This document shows, one piece after another, positions 41,276 through 54,087 of a DNA stretch of 64,000 bases (position 1 is its first letter; each line of letters opens with the position of its first letter). The notes beneath the pieces are model-generated. The model did not search any database and was not told where the DNA came from. It saw only the letters and a program-made list of their open reading frames with translations. The DNA lies in the NCBI RefSeq assembly GCF_006345805.1, contig NC_042999.1:49786001-49850000 (forward strand), read 5' to 3'. The position numbers and the translations under genes are program-made. This DNA is from Octopus sinensis (taxonomy: Eukaryota).

Positions 41276-42995
41276 TTAATGTGTTCCTATATACCATTGG
41301 AAATAAAGGTTAATCATAGATAAAATGCCTTTGCTTGATCAAGATTGAGAAGGAGCTAAAGAACAAAAATAATAATAATAATCCTTTCTACTAAAGGCAA
41401 ATAATAATAATAATAATGACGACAACGACATTCAACCAATGATGCAGTTTCTTCATTGTATCTTGATCTGCAGAAATACCAGCAAAATCTCACTCAAATC
41501 ACACCTTTTATCTCAGGGCAAGTTACATTAGATAATGTAGTCCTATATTTCTCTAAAGCAATGAGATGGTCATGGCTGGAATGACTTTGAATAGAGGTCT
41601 GCTCGAATAGACTCAAGCCAATGGACAACACTCTAAACATTCATCATACCTGCTATAATTAATAGCAAATTTCCTTTCAAATTTTACTGTCTTGTTTCTA
41701 AGATATATGAACATTATAGATGTAATCCAAAATATTATACAAAGGAAAGATGTTACTGCGACTGTTTGAATGTTAGTTGAACAATTTAACTTCAGCTCGC
41801 AGAAACATCTAGAATAATAGATTTGTGAGTTGCATTTAATTGCTCAGCAGGCTAGCTGCATGCTATAGGTCTGCGTGATCAGAAATGACCGGGAGCTATA
41901 CTTCAACAATGAATAAGTAAAATGCTAGAAAAACGTCCTGCTGTCCACTTAAGGGGGGTTATCTTTTTATATGCACATACTCCGACTGTTTTGAGAACCA
42001 CTACTTTGGGCCTTAAATGATTAAAGTTAGTGTTTAATGCAAATATGTGCTTCTGAATGCCAATCAATTAAATGTAAAGTGAAAGTGATAATTTTTTTTG
42101 TTTGTCCTGCAAGGTTGTGGGGAGTTTAAAAAAGGGCTTCATACGTGTGAAAGAATTTTAATTTGATAACATGTGAGTTGAATAATAATAAGGTAGGAGT
42201 GTGAAAGCAAAGGAATAGAAGAGAACTGAAGTTAAATAAGACAAGAAATATAAGTAGGCAAACATACAAACTAATGGCATATAAAATAGAACAGTCAGGA
42301 AATAGATAAAGAGTGAGAAAGGAGAGACTTGTGAAAATGGCATAGAGTAATATAAAAACAGGAAGAGAATGGGGAGTGAAAAATCAGTCTTGCTAATGGT
42401 AATCTTAATCACAACTAATTGATGATGGACCAAAATTTGAATTTTTTACGGTTTAGAATTTTGCAGTTAGTTACTTAACTGCTATTATTCAAATAGGAAC
42501 ATCAAAAATGACTGTAAGACACATAGTATTAAAAGAAATAATACACATGTAATTCTTTGTGTTTAAAATACTGCTTCCATATCACATATATTAGTAAATT
42601 AGTACTACTTGTCAGGGAAAAGGCTGTGGGAGAAAGGGGCTATCCCAGAATAAAATTAACAACAAAACTAAGTACAACTTTTATACTAGCTCTCCTATGT
42701 TAGCATTGATTAGATATAAAAAAATATTCATGCTAATTGAGGTCATATAAAAACATCAGAGAGACTATATAGAAAGAGATAAATTAAAACTGTGCACCAG
42801 AATATCAGAACAAATATAACATAGTGCATGTGTGATAGATAATCCATTTAGATTTGTGCTGAGAATAGTGAATCTGTAGCTTTGCAGGTATAGAAGACAA
42901 GGATCATTATATTTTGGTAAATGTGATGAGCACAACAGAGCCACAAGTGGAATAAAGGCAATAGCATCCACATGAGGAATCCGTAAGTATCTCAC

Positions 42996-43195
42996 CCTTG
43001 TCTCATCAGAAAAGTTACTCATCAACTCTTCGTCATCGTATGCAGGCGTACACTGAGAAAGGTCTACGATACAATCAGTATCCTGTACCTTTCCCATCGT
43101 TTGTCCAGTATCCATTTCTACTGGCTGGGACAGCATGTTGTCAGGATAACTCCAATGATTTGGTATTACTCGATGTTTACCATCATAGGCTGGGG
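42996..43195 (-). CDS. Internal coding exon of the FRMPD-like gene, post-FERM motif
   Basis: Long polypyrimidine tract + cag, donor agg|gtgag, 200 nt, phase 1 in/0 out, in frame with the previous exon: APAYDGKHRVIPNHWSYPDNMLSQPV...NFSDETR. PxYxxxHxVxPxxWSY recalled from invertebrate FRMPD proteins. Confidence 0.8.
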
Positions 43196-43525
43196 CTGTA
43201 ATAAAAACAAAAAAAAAAGCAGAAAGTTACACAGAAAACTTTACTGAATTTAAATAATCTAAATATCTAAGGAAAGTTCTAACAAGATTATCTTTCTTTT
43301 GCTTTTTTTCAGACTAGTAAACTTATCTTTGGAGATGAAAACGGTTGTTAATATTTAATCCGTTTTCTGACTATTTACCTCATCTTTGAAAACAGAAATA
43401 TAGTTTTTAACATTTACATCTTCACTGCATTTTAACTGGTTTGATTTGAAATCATCATCAAGTGTCTTATTCCTAGATGTAAATATAGAACCTGACTGTA
43501 TTTGAACTGAGAACACATACTTTAA

Positions 43526-43745
43526 CCTTTTAGCATTCAGGTTACTCTGTCAAATATAATGCTTATTCATTCATATTGCTTCAAATTAATCATGCATTAT
43601 CATATAGCTTTGATATTTCAATGATGTGATTGTTTATTTTTAGAATGAAATTGTTGGGTAGATGTTAAAGGCTGGATCTGGCCAGTTTGAACATAAAGCA
43701 AGTAGAATATTTTGGCTGGATATGGCAGGTTTAAATGCTAAAGAG
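43526..43745. mobile_element. piggyBac-type MITE, family P2
   Basis: TTAA TSD; TIR ccttttagcatt...aatgctaaagag. Confidence 0.85.
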
Positions 43746-44341
43746 TTAAAGGATTAAATGCTAAAGGATTAAAGTAAGGATGATTATATGCTTATCCTGT
43801 ATGCCAAGGACTCTACTAAAAATAAAAGGTTCCTAGATTGAATCCTTTGTTAAACTATGTGAATCTCTAGGTATAGGAGACCTGATGATGAATACTGGAG
43901 ATCAAATGAGCCAAGGAGTAATCTACATGTAAATACTGATGACCAGTATTTTTTTGTGTGTGTGGAGGGGTGGATGTTGATTACATCAACCCCAGTGCCC
44001 AACTGGTATTTATTTTTTGACCCTGAAAGGATGAAAGGTAAAGTCGATTTTGGTGGAATTTGAATATAGACTGTAAAGACAGACAAAATGCTGCTAAGCT
44101 TTTTTGCCCAGTGTGCTTACAATTCTGATAGTTTGCTGCCTTTGTCTATGTGTAAATTTTAAACATTTACATCAGTCCCAAATGTACAGCATCTTAAGCA
44201 AGTGTCTTCTACTATAGCCCTGGGCTGACCAATGTGAATTTAGTTGGAAACTGTGCAGAAGTCCGTTGCAAATGTTAAGCATGTGAACGCACATGTATGT
44301 ACATTTTTATGCTTGTCTCTCATCCTTATAACTTGTTGGTT

Positions 44342-44545
44342 TACTCTTACTCTCTTTTACTTGTTTCAGTCATTTGACTGTGGCCATGTTGGAGCACCGC
44401 CTTTAGTTGAGCAAATCGACCGCAGGACTTATTCCTTCGTAAGCCTAGTACTTATTCTATCAGTCTCTTTTGCCGAACTGCTAAGATACAGGGATGTAAA
44501 CACACTAGCATCTGTTGTCAAGCGATGTTGGGAGGGCAAACATAT

Positions 44546-44576
<31 letters not shown>

Positions 44577-44733
44577 CGACGGGCTTCTTTCAGTTTCCGT
44601 CTACCAAATCCACTCAAAAGGCTTTGGTCGGGCCAAGGCTATAGTAGAAGACACTTACCCAAGGTGCCACTCAGTGGGACTGAACCCAAAACCATGAGGT
44701 TGCTAAATAAGCTACTTACCACACAGCCACTCC
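44342..44733 (-). mobile_element. SINE family A
   Basis: Reverse-complement copy. Confidence 0.9.
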
Positions 44734-45270
44734 TAAAACTTAGTGGTTTAGAATAAAGAGAATGATAAATATGTATCAAAGTTGAAAATAGGTACTAAAA
44801 TCAATCTGGTTGACTAAATATTTCAAGGCAGTGCCCAAATCTGGCTGCAGTCCAATGACTGAAACAAATGAAAGACTCTCTAAAGATAAGGTTTCCAGTG
44901 AATGTTTTTGAGTATCTTTATGGTTTTATGTTATTTTATAATCTTATTTCCCACTAATGTGGGATTTGGCTGTAAAGCAAAAACAGGATGTTAGGCTTAG
45001 CTCTTGTTTAAATAGAGATCATGGAGTTATTCATATGGGCAATAGTATGTTTATTTAGTAGTAGTAGTGGTGGGGGTATTTTCAGTGATAGTAGTGTGTT
45101 TTTTTTTTAGTTTGTGTTGTTATTAATCTGCCACCTATTGTTATTAGAAATCTTATATAATAGCTACATTACTGATATTCCTTTGTTCAACTTATTACTT
45201 TGTGAGTTATCTTCCATATATCATTAATATATGTGCGTGAGTATCAGAATGGGAAAAGGAACAATATTCT

Positions 45271-45308
<38 letters not shown>

Positions 45309-45594
45309 TCTCTATTAATTATATACATATAAATTGCTTCTATTTGTCCCTTATTTTCCACTTAAATTTTTTCCTTGTTGATGAAGTCTTCCTAAAGAAT
45401 GTAAAATAACTATTGTGATTATGGATACTATTGTTAGCTGTATGTGATGAATAAACAAAGCCTTAACTTAGTTTTAATTCTTGTTTGCAACTTCTGCTAA
45501 GAAAACAGGGTGACTGGAATACAAAATGAAGTGCTTATTTTGTCTTCTCTACAAATTTCATCTGACATGTTTGTATAATAGTAATAGTCCTTTT

Positions 45595-46613
45595 TATTAT
45601 AGGGACAAGGCCTGGAATTTTGTGGGAAGGGAATAGTTATTTGCATCATCCCCTGTGCTTCACTGGTACTTAATTTAATAACCCCAAAAGGATGAAAGGC
45701 AAAGTCAACCTCAGCAAAATTTGAACTCAGAGTGTAGCAGCAGATGTAATACCATCAAGCAGTTTACCCAGCATGCTAACAATTCTGCCAGCTCACTGCC
45801 TTAATAATAATAATAATAATATTTGCCCTGATGCAGTACCAGGCAGTGGCTCACGTGGCTTCTGATCTTAACTGATTGGAAGTGTTATCATGTACATTGT
45901 TTTGTCTTGGTATAAAAGACGGGCTACAGCAAATATTTTGCTCAATACCACAGATTTGCTTGTCACTTGTTTGACCTTAACCAGTTGAGCATGTCCCTTA
46001 GTGGCCAACGATATGGGCATCTCTGATCATGAACAGAAGTAGTAGGGGAGCATCATAGCCATGTGTTGAGAGGGATTCTTTGGGGTTTAAATAATTCACC
46101 TCTGGAAACATGGGTGTTTCATTGAACATCCTTAAACAATCCTTATTCAGGGACCTTTTGAGCAGGATGGGCTACTCGACCAGAAGAAAATTCTAACTGG
46201 GCCCCACCTGCAAGGTCATGCACTGTTTATCTTGATATGAAGTCACCATGTCGTGCACATATAGTTGTGATGCATGTGCCAGGTGTACCCTTATCAGATA
46301 GGTAGCAATGATGGGTATATTGGGCTTCGTATATTTGTACCCCAGTGTCACTTTGATGGCACACACTGCTCTCTCACTCAATAATAATAATGATTTCAAA
46401 TTTTGGTACAAATCCAGCAAGATCAGAGGAGGGGGAGAATCAATTACATGGACCCTAGTGCTCAACTGGTACTTATTTCATTGATCCTGAAAGGATAAAA
46501 AGCAAAGTTGACCTTGGCAGAATTTGAACTCAGAACGTAAAGAGACGAAATGACACTAAGCATTTTGCCCAGCATGCTAACAATCTTATCAGCTAGTCGC
46601 CTTTAAAATAATG

Positions 46614-46644
<31 letters not shown>

Positions 46645-47085
46645 TAACAATAATTCTTTTTTCAATTTTGGTACAATGCCAACAGTCTCAAGGAGAGGTG
46701 ATTAATACCACCAATCTTGATACTTGACTGGTGATTTATTTTATTGATCCTGGAAAGATAAAAGGCAAAGTTGACCTTGGCTACATTTGAACACAGAATG
46801 AAAGAACCAAAAGAAATACTGCAAAGCACTTTTTCTGATGCTCTAACCATTCCACCAGCTTACTGCCAAAAAGGTTTCAAATTTTGGCACCAAGTTAGCA
46901 AGTTCAGGGGAATGGGTAAGTGGATTACATTGACCCCCAGAATTCAACTGGTACTTATTTAATGGATCCCAAAAGGATGAATGGCAAAGTCAACCTAGGC
47001 AGAATTTTAACTCAGAACATAAAGCTGAATGAAATGCTGCTAAGCATTTTGCTTGGCATGTAAACAACTCTGCCAACTCACTCCC
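45595..47085 (-). mobile_element. Cluster of four diverged family B-like SINEs in the same orientation
   Basis: Repeated aaaggatgaaaggcaaagtYgacct...atttgaactcaga modules at about 45595-45802, 46395-46602, 46660-46868 and 46875-47085. Similar old copies near 14810-15020, 21800-22005, 23900-24065, 43960-44140. Confidence 0.8.
45821..46380 (+). mobile_element. Unclassified interspersed repeat flanked by (AAT)n on both sides
   Basis: About 520 bp of homology to the 15117 copy; ends ctctctcactca(ata)n. Confidence 0.85.
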
Positions 47086-47173
47086 CTAATAATAATCATT
47101 ATGTGGAATCTGTACCAAACATGTTTGTATTCCATGTTCTGTGGTTTGAGGTTCCCTAAGAAATCTAGATATA

Positions 47174-47573
47174 GGTGCAGGAGTGGCTGTGTGGTAAGTA
47201 CCTTGCTTACGAACCACATGGTTCCAGGTTCAGTTTCCCACTGCATGGCACCTTGGGCAAGTGTCTTCTACTATAGCCTCGGACTGACCAAAGCCTTGTG
47301 AGTGGATTTGGCAGACGGAAACTGAAAGAAGCCCGTTGCATATATGTATATACATATATGTGTGTGTTTGTGTGTCTGTGTTTGTCCTCGCAACATCGAT
47401 TGACAACTGATGCTGGTGTGCTTACATCCCTGTAGCTAAGCAGTTCGGCAAAAGAGAACCGATAGAATAAGTACTAGGCTTACAAAGAATAAGTCCTGGG
47501 GTTGATTTGCTCGACTAAAGGCAGTGCTCCAGCATGGCCACAGTCAAATGACTGAAACAAGTAAAAGAGTAAA
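47174..47573 (+). mobile_element. SINE family A inserted into an RTE LINE relic
   Basis: Full-length; followed directly by RT-like sequence. Confidence 0.9.
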
Positions 47574-48700
47574 AGGAGTATAGAGGAATGGTTTGTGAGT
47601 GATGTGCGAGCCTTGTACAGAGATGCTGTTAGTAAGGTGAGAGTTGGCAATGAGATCAGTGAAAAAATTTTAGCAAACAGCTAAGTGTCCATCAAGCCCC
47701 CTTTTAGGCCATAACACAGGGATTCAATATAAGCTGTTCATATAAGCTTTTGTATGCCAATGATCTAGTTCTCATTGTTAAATGCATTAAAAAATTAGAG
47801 AAAAAATTATAATCATAAAAGCAAATCTTTAACAGAAAGGCTTTACACTAAAACTAGCAAATACAACAGTATCCATTTAACCCTTTCGTTACCAACCAGG
47901 CTGAAACCGGCTCTGGCTCTGAGTACAAATGTCTTGTTTTCAAGTTCTTAATTAAAATCTTCCACCAAACCTTAGTCACAATTTATGTTCCTAACACTAA
48001 CTGAATGATAACTAAGTTCTTTTACTAAATTCTTTGTTATATTTAAAATAATTGAAAGTAACACAGAGCATCTCAAAATAAATACAGTAACGAAAGGGTT
48101 AAAAAGTAGTTCTGCTCAGTATGCAGAAAAGGAATCCGTAGGAATTCCCTACAGTATATTCAGTGTAAATTATAAGTACACATAAGTACTGTAGGATAAC
48201 AAGCAATTTACAAGGATTTCATACAGTAGATATGCAAGAGCTATTGGCAATAAAATCAGTCATGAAATTTATTCACAAGGGTTCCCAAGAAGTAGTTGAT
48301 AGCTTTTGTTACCTAGGTGACCTATTTAGCTGTGGAATGGTTTGTTCTAAAAGAACAGTAGCTAGAATAAGAACAGAGTAAAGAGAGTTCAAGGATTTGT
48401 TACATTTGCTGGCAACAAAATGATTATTTCTACAAGTAAAGGGCAGATCATATTATGCTCTTTTATGAAGTGCGGGGTCATGAAATATGGGCATTGAAAA
48501 TGTGTCTGCAGTATGGAGATTGGAAGGAAAAGAAGAAAGTATGTTCTGCTGGATTTGTAATCTGCGTGTGTATGAATGACAAAGTACAAATATGCTGAAA
48601 AAAAAAATACTGGGAATAAGGGGAACCAGAAAGGAAGACTCTGTTAGTTCAGGCATGTGATGTCAATAGAAGAGGATTGTAGTAGGTAAATAAATGTTAA
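47574..48700 (+). pseudogene. Decayed RTE-clade LINE reverse transcriptase fragment
   Basis: IEEWFVSDVRALYRDAVSKVRVGNE, LYANDLVLI (degenerate YADD), CSVCRKG Zn-finger remnant, EVVDSFCYLGD; frameshifted, interrupted by a piggyBac MITE. Confidence 0.85.
47881..48098. mobile_element. piggyBac-type MITE, family P1
   Basis: TTAA TSD; TIR ccctttcgttac...gtaacgaaaggg; body matches the 41055 copy. Confidence 0.92.
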
Positions 48701-48720
48701 ACAATGTGTGGAATTCTATT

Positions 48721-48986
48721 GTGGCTGGGGAGAGTCATTTTCTTTTTGTGTCTTATAATATAACACACTCACCGGTAAAATTTCCACTTATTCCTTATTT
48801 TAATTTCCTAAAACTTTCGTTGCATCTTGCAACCTTTTCAATAGTCTTGTCTCTTGAAGACTATTGAAAAATGTTGCAAAATGCAATGAAAATTTTAAGA
48901 AAATTAAAATAAGGAATAAGTGGAAATTTTACCGGTGAGTGTGTTACATTATAAGGCACAAAAAGAAAATGACTCTCCCCAGACAC
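48721..48986. repeat. Long palindrome, arms about 128 bp, 8-nt loop
   Basis: 48721-48848 vs 48857-48986; single-arm homolog at about 38728-38925. Confidence 0.93.
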
Positions 48987-49129
48987 CAAAGAATGTTTCA
49001 ACAAACAAACTCATATGAAGAATCTTGCAAACCAAATCCAAAAACGAAATGTATGTGGAAGAAAACCTACAAAAGATGAAGACTGAGGAAGATGAGGCAA
49101 AGGCTGATTTCATGAAGTAAATGACAAGG

Positions 49130-49598
49130 GACTGCAATGTGTGGTAAGACAGCATGTAGAAGATTCTTTAACCTATGCAAGCACGGGTTAAAGGGGATTT
49201 TCTGCAGCACATGCTGCTGCTGTTGCATGTTTGTTTGTTGAGCAAAGAGGTGTTCATCCCAGTAGTGAGAGAAGTCCGAAATGTGGTCCATTGCTATTCG
49301 TAAGACCCGCAGAAGAGAAAGCAGGTCGACCCCCGACACTGAGAGCATCGACGGATGGATGAATGCGCATCCAGGCTCAGCGGTTGCGTAAGAAGTCGGG
49401 GACAAGAAACAGGAAGAAAGAGTGAGAGAAAGTTGTGGCGAAAGAGTACAACAGGGGTCGCCACCACCCCTTGCTGGAGCCTCATGGAGCTTTAGGTGTT
49501 TTCGCTCAATAAACACACACAATGCCCGGTCTGGGAATCGAAACCGCGATCCACCGACCACCAGTCCGCTGCCCTAACCACTGGGCCATTGCGCCTCC
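49130..49598 (-). mobile_element. SINE family C, body type 3
   Basis: Same head in reverse complement (49405-49598), unrelated GC-rich body; distal end approximate. Confidence 0.8.
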
Positions 49599-49797
49599 AC
49601 GCTGCTGCTGCTTATCATGATGATCATCATTTATTGATCACTGTTAAGTGTTTCATCCTAATCTTGTTCCATAGCAATACAGATAGAGACTGAGAGAAAG
49701 GGATTAAGGATAGTTCTTAGATGCCATACAAAATAAAAACAGCAACTGAATAATTGTACACACTGGCTACCATACATATACAATACAAATTGACAAC

Positions 49798-49840
<43 letters not shown>

Positions 49841-50901
49841 GTATATGTCTTCGTAATGCTAATGGGATAGAAAGAAAATTATAATTGCCCAAATCTTTGT
49901 GTCACAAATGATTTGTGATTAAAATGGCATAATATAATATTCATATAACGGAATTAGCGAAAGGAAAAATGGAAACAGATGAGTTCAAATGTCAAACAAT
50001 AAAAATGACACCAGTTATTTGGATTTGAAAGAGAAGTCAGCTGTTGTTTTGGTCATTAGATTCGATGTTGTCTAGCTGTCATTGTTTCTAACAATGTCAA
50101 AAGCGAAGATATTAAACATTTTAAAAACATAGTTATAATTTTCTCTTATGTTTTAGTCAGGATGGGAGGGCAGTACCCATGTCACTTTACTCAAGGACTC
50201 TAAGACTGGTGGAATGGGGGGAAGAAAATACACTCAACTGGAGTCATGGCCCAAGAGTCATATGGAAGTTGGGCTGGGTGATGGATTAAGTCTATCACCC
50301 AAATAGGCCACAACAAGATCTGAACTAAGAACATGATGAGTTGGAACAAGTATCTCATTTAACACTCTGTTTCTACCAGTTCACCATTCTTGGCTGGTAA
50401 TTTTTTATCTGTTCCCAAAAAGAAGAAAAATGGCATTGATCATGATGGGTTTTGAAAACTGAGATTACGAAGACTCAGAACAAAACTGTGAAACATTGAG
50501 TCTGACTCACTAATGACTCTTCCAATTTGTTGTTATGACCACTACTTTAAAATCGCCACAAGTACTAAAATTTATTGCATTTGATGGCCTTCCACAGCTG
50601 CTTACTTTGTGAGAAATAGCTTCCAAATCTCCACCAAATAATATTCTATCAATAAAAAATCTAACCCTGGCTCCCAGTACATGGAGAAAAGACAGGATGG
50701 ACGCCACTATAATGCCTTTGGTCTGTGGTCTTCTAAATCGGGTTTAAGCTGGGCTAAACCAAAACAACTAGGACAAGAGAAGTGAAGATGTAATGTGGAT
50801 TTCCCTTTCTATAACAGGAATAGTCCCAACTAGGAATCACTCGCTGGTACTTTCCCATTGTTAAATTCCCCTTGTTCAGATATTCTCTACAAATGCTAGG
50901 T

Positions 50902-51101
50902 CAGTGGTTCCTACCCTTTTCACAGTGGTTCTCAACAGTAGTTCCCAATCCTTTTATTTAAATGAGTTTTCCAATGGACCCCTTTTGATATGCTTGACTT
51001 GTGTATATATTTATATATGAAATTTTGAATCTAGTTCACAGATTCCCAGTACTACCTTTGTGAACCACCAGGGGTTTTTGATCCCAGGTTGGGAAGCATT
51101 G
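50902..51101. mobile_element. hAT-type MITE remnant
   Basis: Ends cagtggttcYYaac (repeated three times) and gttgggaagcattg. A related right end ggttggggacccctg lies at about 57780-57793. Confidence 0.6.
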
Positions 51102-51289
51102 TGCTGGGTCTTACTGCTTCTGACAACCTCTTATGGTGAGCATGAATATACTAAATAGTTAAAATTTCAAAGGTTTTATTTTTCCAAAGCAAAAATATAC
51201 TTCAGCCCAAAACACAACTAGAACAGTGTTTCCACTTATAAGTTTACCTCTATTGAGTTTTGATAGAATTTAGAGACAGCACTGCAAGT

Positions 51290-51682
51290 TACTCTTTTAC
51301 TTGTTTCAGTTATTTGACTGTGGCCATGCTGGAGCACTGCCTTTAGCCGAGCAAATCGCCCCAGGACTTATTCTTTGTAAGCCTAGTACTTATTCTATTG
51401 GTCTCTTTTGCCAAACCGCTAAGTTACAGTGACGTAAACACACCAGCATCGGTTGTCAAGCGATGTTGGGGGGGGACAAACACAGACACACAAACATATA
51501 CACACACATATATACATATATATACGACGGGCTTCTTTCAGTTTCCGTCTACTAAATCCACTCACAAGGCTTTGGTTGACCTGAGGCTATAGTAGAAGAC
51601 ACTTGCCCAAGATGCTACGCAGTGGGACTGAACCTGGAACCATGTAGTTGGTAAACAAGCTACTTACCACACAGCCACTCCT
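51290..51682 (-). mobile_element. SINE family A
   Basis: Reverse-complement copy. Confidence 0.9.
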
Positions 51683-52055
51683 AAGCCTAGTTTTTAAATG
51701 AATACATCATCATCATATAACATCCGTTTTCCATGCTGGCATAGGTTGTTCGGTTTAAATGAAAACTGGTAAACCAGGGAGCTGCACTAGGTTCTGATCT
51801 GATTTGGCAAGGTATCTACAGCCAGATGCTCTTTCTAATGCCAACCATCACTCTCTAATACTCAACAATAAGTTGTCCATTACTGAGATGTACCCTATCT
51901 CTCTCTGTCTAGATAGTCATTTCAACTATACCGTATACATTAAGCTACCTACAGTGTCAGACATCATTAGAAAAAGAAGAATTTGTTTTGTAGGACAATG
52001 CTAGAGAAGTAAGGAGCAGCTGGTTTGTTACCTCCAACACTTGATAGTTCAACAT

Positions 52056-52468
52056 TACTCTTACTCTTTACTCTTTTACTTGTTTCAGTCATTTTGACTG
52101 CGGCCATGCTGGAGCACCGCCTTTAGTCGAGCAAATCGACCCCGGGACTTATTCTTTGTAAGCCCAGTGCTTATTCTATCGGTCTCTTTTGCCGAACCGC
52201 TAAGTGACGGGGACGTAAACACACCAGCATCGGTTGTCAAGTAATGCTAGGGGGACAAACACAAACACACACACACACATATACATATATATATATATAT
52301 ATATACGACAGGCTTCTTTCAGTTTCCGTCTACCAAATCCACTCACAAGGCATTGGTCGGCCCGGGGCTATAGCAGAAGACACTTGCCCAAGATGCCACG
52401 CAGTGGGACTGAACCCGGAACCATGTGGTTGGTTAGCAAGCTACTTACCACACAGCCACTCCTGCGCC
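52056..52468 (-). mobile_element. SINE family A
   Basis: Reverse-complement near-consensus copy with repeated tactctt tail. Confidence 0.9.
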
Positions 52469-52812
52469 ATGGTCAAAATTTTATTGGCTTCCCTGCAAAA
52501 ACACACATTGACACAAGATGATATCGAAATAATCTGGCAAATGTCGTGTAAGACAGAAATGAGAGAAGAGTTATGTGAATTTTAGTAAACTTGACCCAAT
52601 GACAATATTGATTTAGTATCTGCTCTTTTCAAACTCTTTATGGCAATTGATCTCAGTGTAAATCAGCTCACTTCCTTTCCATCATTCCCAATGTGTCTCA
52701 TCACCTGACTTTGGTAACAGGCATAATGCCCAAACCTTCCTCTCCAGAACTGTTGTATCCCTATATATTCTCTCTTCCATGTACATGTTTCCTAACCATC
52801 CACTGTACACAC

Positions 52813-52852
<40 letters not shown>

Positions 52853-52998
52853 TTTAATGTCAACTTTTCCATGCTTTTCATGGGTCAGATAGAATTTGTT
52901 AAAGCAGAATTTCTACAGTTGGATATCCTGCTTGTTTCCAAGCATGGTAATATTTCCTCATAACCAGACACATTTTCTTTTCTTTTTTTGGAGAAACA

Positions 52999-53167
52999 GG
53001 CGTAGAAGTTGCTGTGTGGTAAGTAGCTTGCTTCCTAACCACATGGTTTCGGGTTCAGCCCCACAGCATGGCACCTTGGACAACTGTCTTCTACTATAGC
53101 TTCAGGCCAACCAAAGCCTTGTGAGTGGATTTGGTAGACGGAAACTGAAAGAAGCTCATCGTATATA

Positions 53168-53222
<55 letters not shown>

Positions 53223-53548
53223 ATGTTTGTGTGTGTGTATATATTTGTGTGTCTGTGTTTGTCCCCTCAACATAGCTTGACCACCGATGCTGGTGTGTTT
53301 ACGTCTCAGTAACTTAGTGGTTCGGCAAAAGAGAACCGATAGAATAAGTACTAGGCTTACAAAGAATAAGCCCTGGGATTGATTTACTTGACTAAAGGTG
53401 GTGCTCCAGCATGGCCACAGTCAAATGACTGAAACAAGTAAAAGAGTAAAAGGAGTATAGAGGAATGGCTTGTGAGAGATGTACGAGCCTTGTACGGAGA
53501 TGCTGTTAGTAAGGTGAGAGTTGGCAATGAGATCAGTAAAAGAGTAAA
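52999..53548 (+). mobile_element. SINE family A with extra 3' segment matching the flank of the 47174 copy
   Basis: SINE 52999-53450, then about 87 bp of RT-derived sequence, then a second taaaagagtaa tail. Confidence 0.88.
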
Positions 53549-54087
53549 TGGAAACATTATTGGTTCTATGAAGATGATGCTCATTTATAACCATCATATA
53601 ATGTCTCAATGAGCATTCACACTAAGACATACACAACTAAATTTACATATACACAGCTTTCAGTTTCTATCTACCAAATCCACTCATATGGCTTTGACTG
53701 CTATACAAGATGACATTTACCCAGGGTACTGCAAAGTGGGACCAAATGCAAGGCACATGGTTGGAAAGAAAGCTTTTTAACTAAACAGCCACACTCACTG
53801 ACACATTAATAATTCACATGAAAGCATTGCATTTCTGTTTGATGGTAAATTCTATTTATTTTTAGAGAAAACCACACACACACACTAGATATACACTGTT
53901 TTTTTTTTCTTTTCCTTTCTTTCTTTCTTAGTAAATTCTAGTGCAAAAGAAAATTACATAGGGTGTTCTAAGTGATATAGCTTACAGATAAACTACCAGT
54001 CAACTGAGTGTAAATCATATTCAATTTCCCATTAGAAGCCAATTCATTTCATGTGTCATCAGTATCCTTGAGAAAGTTCCAGACGTC

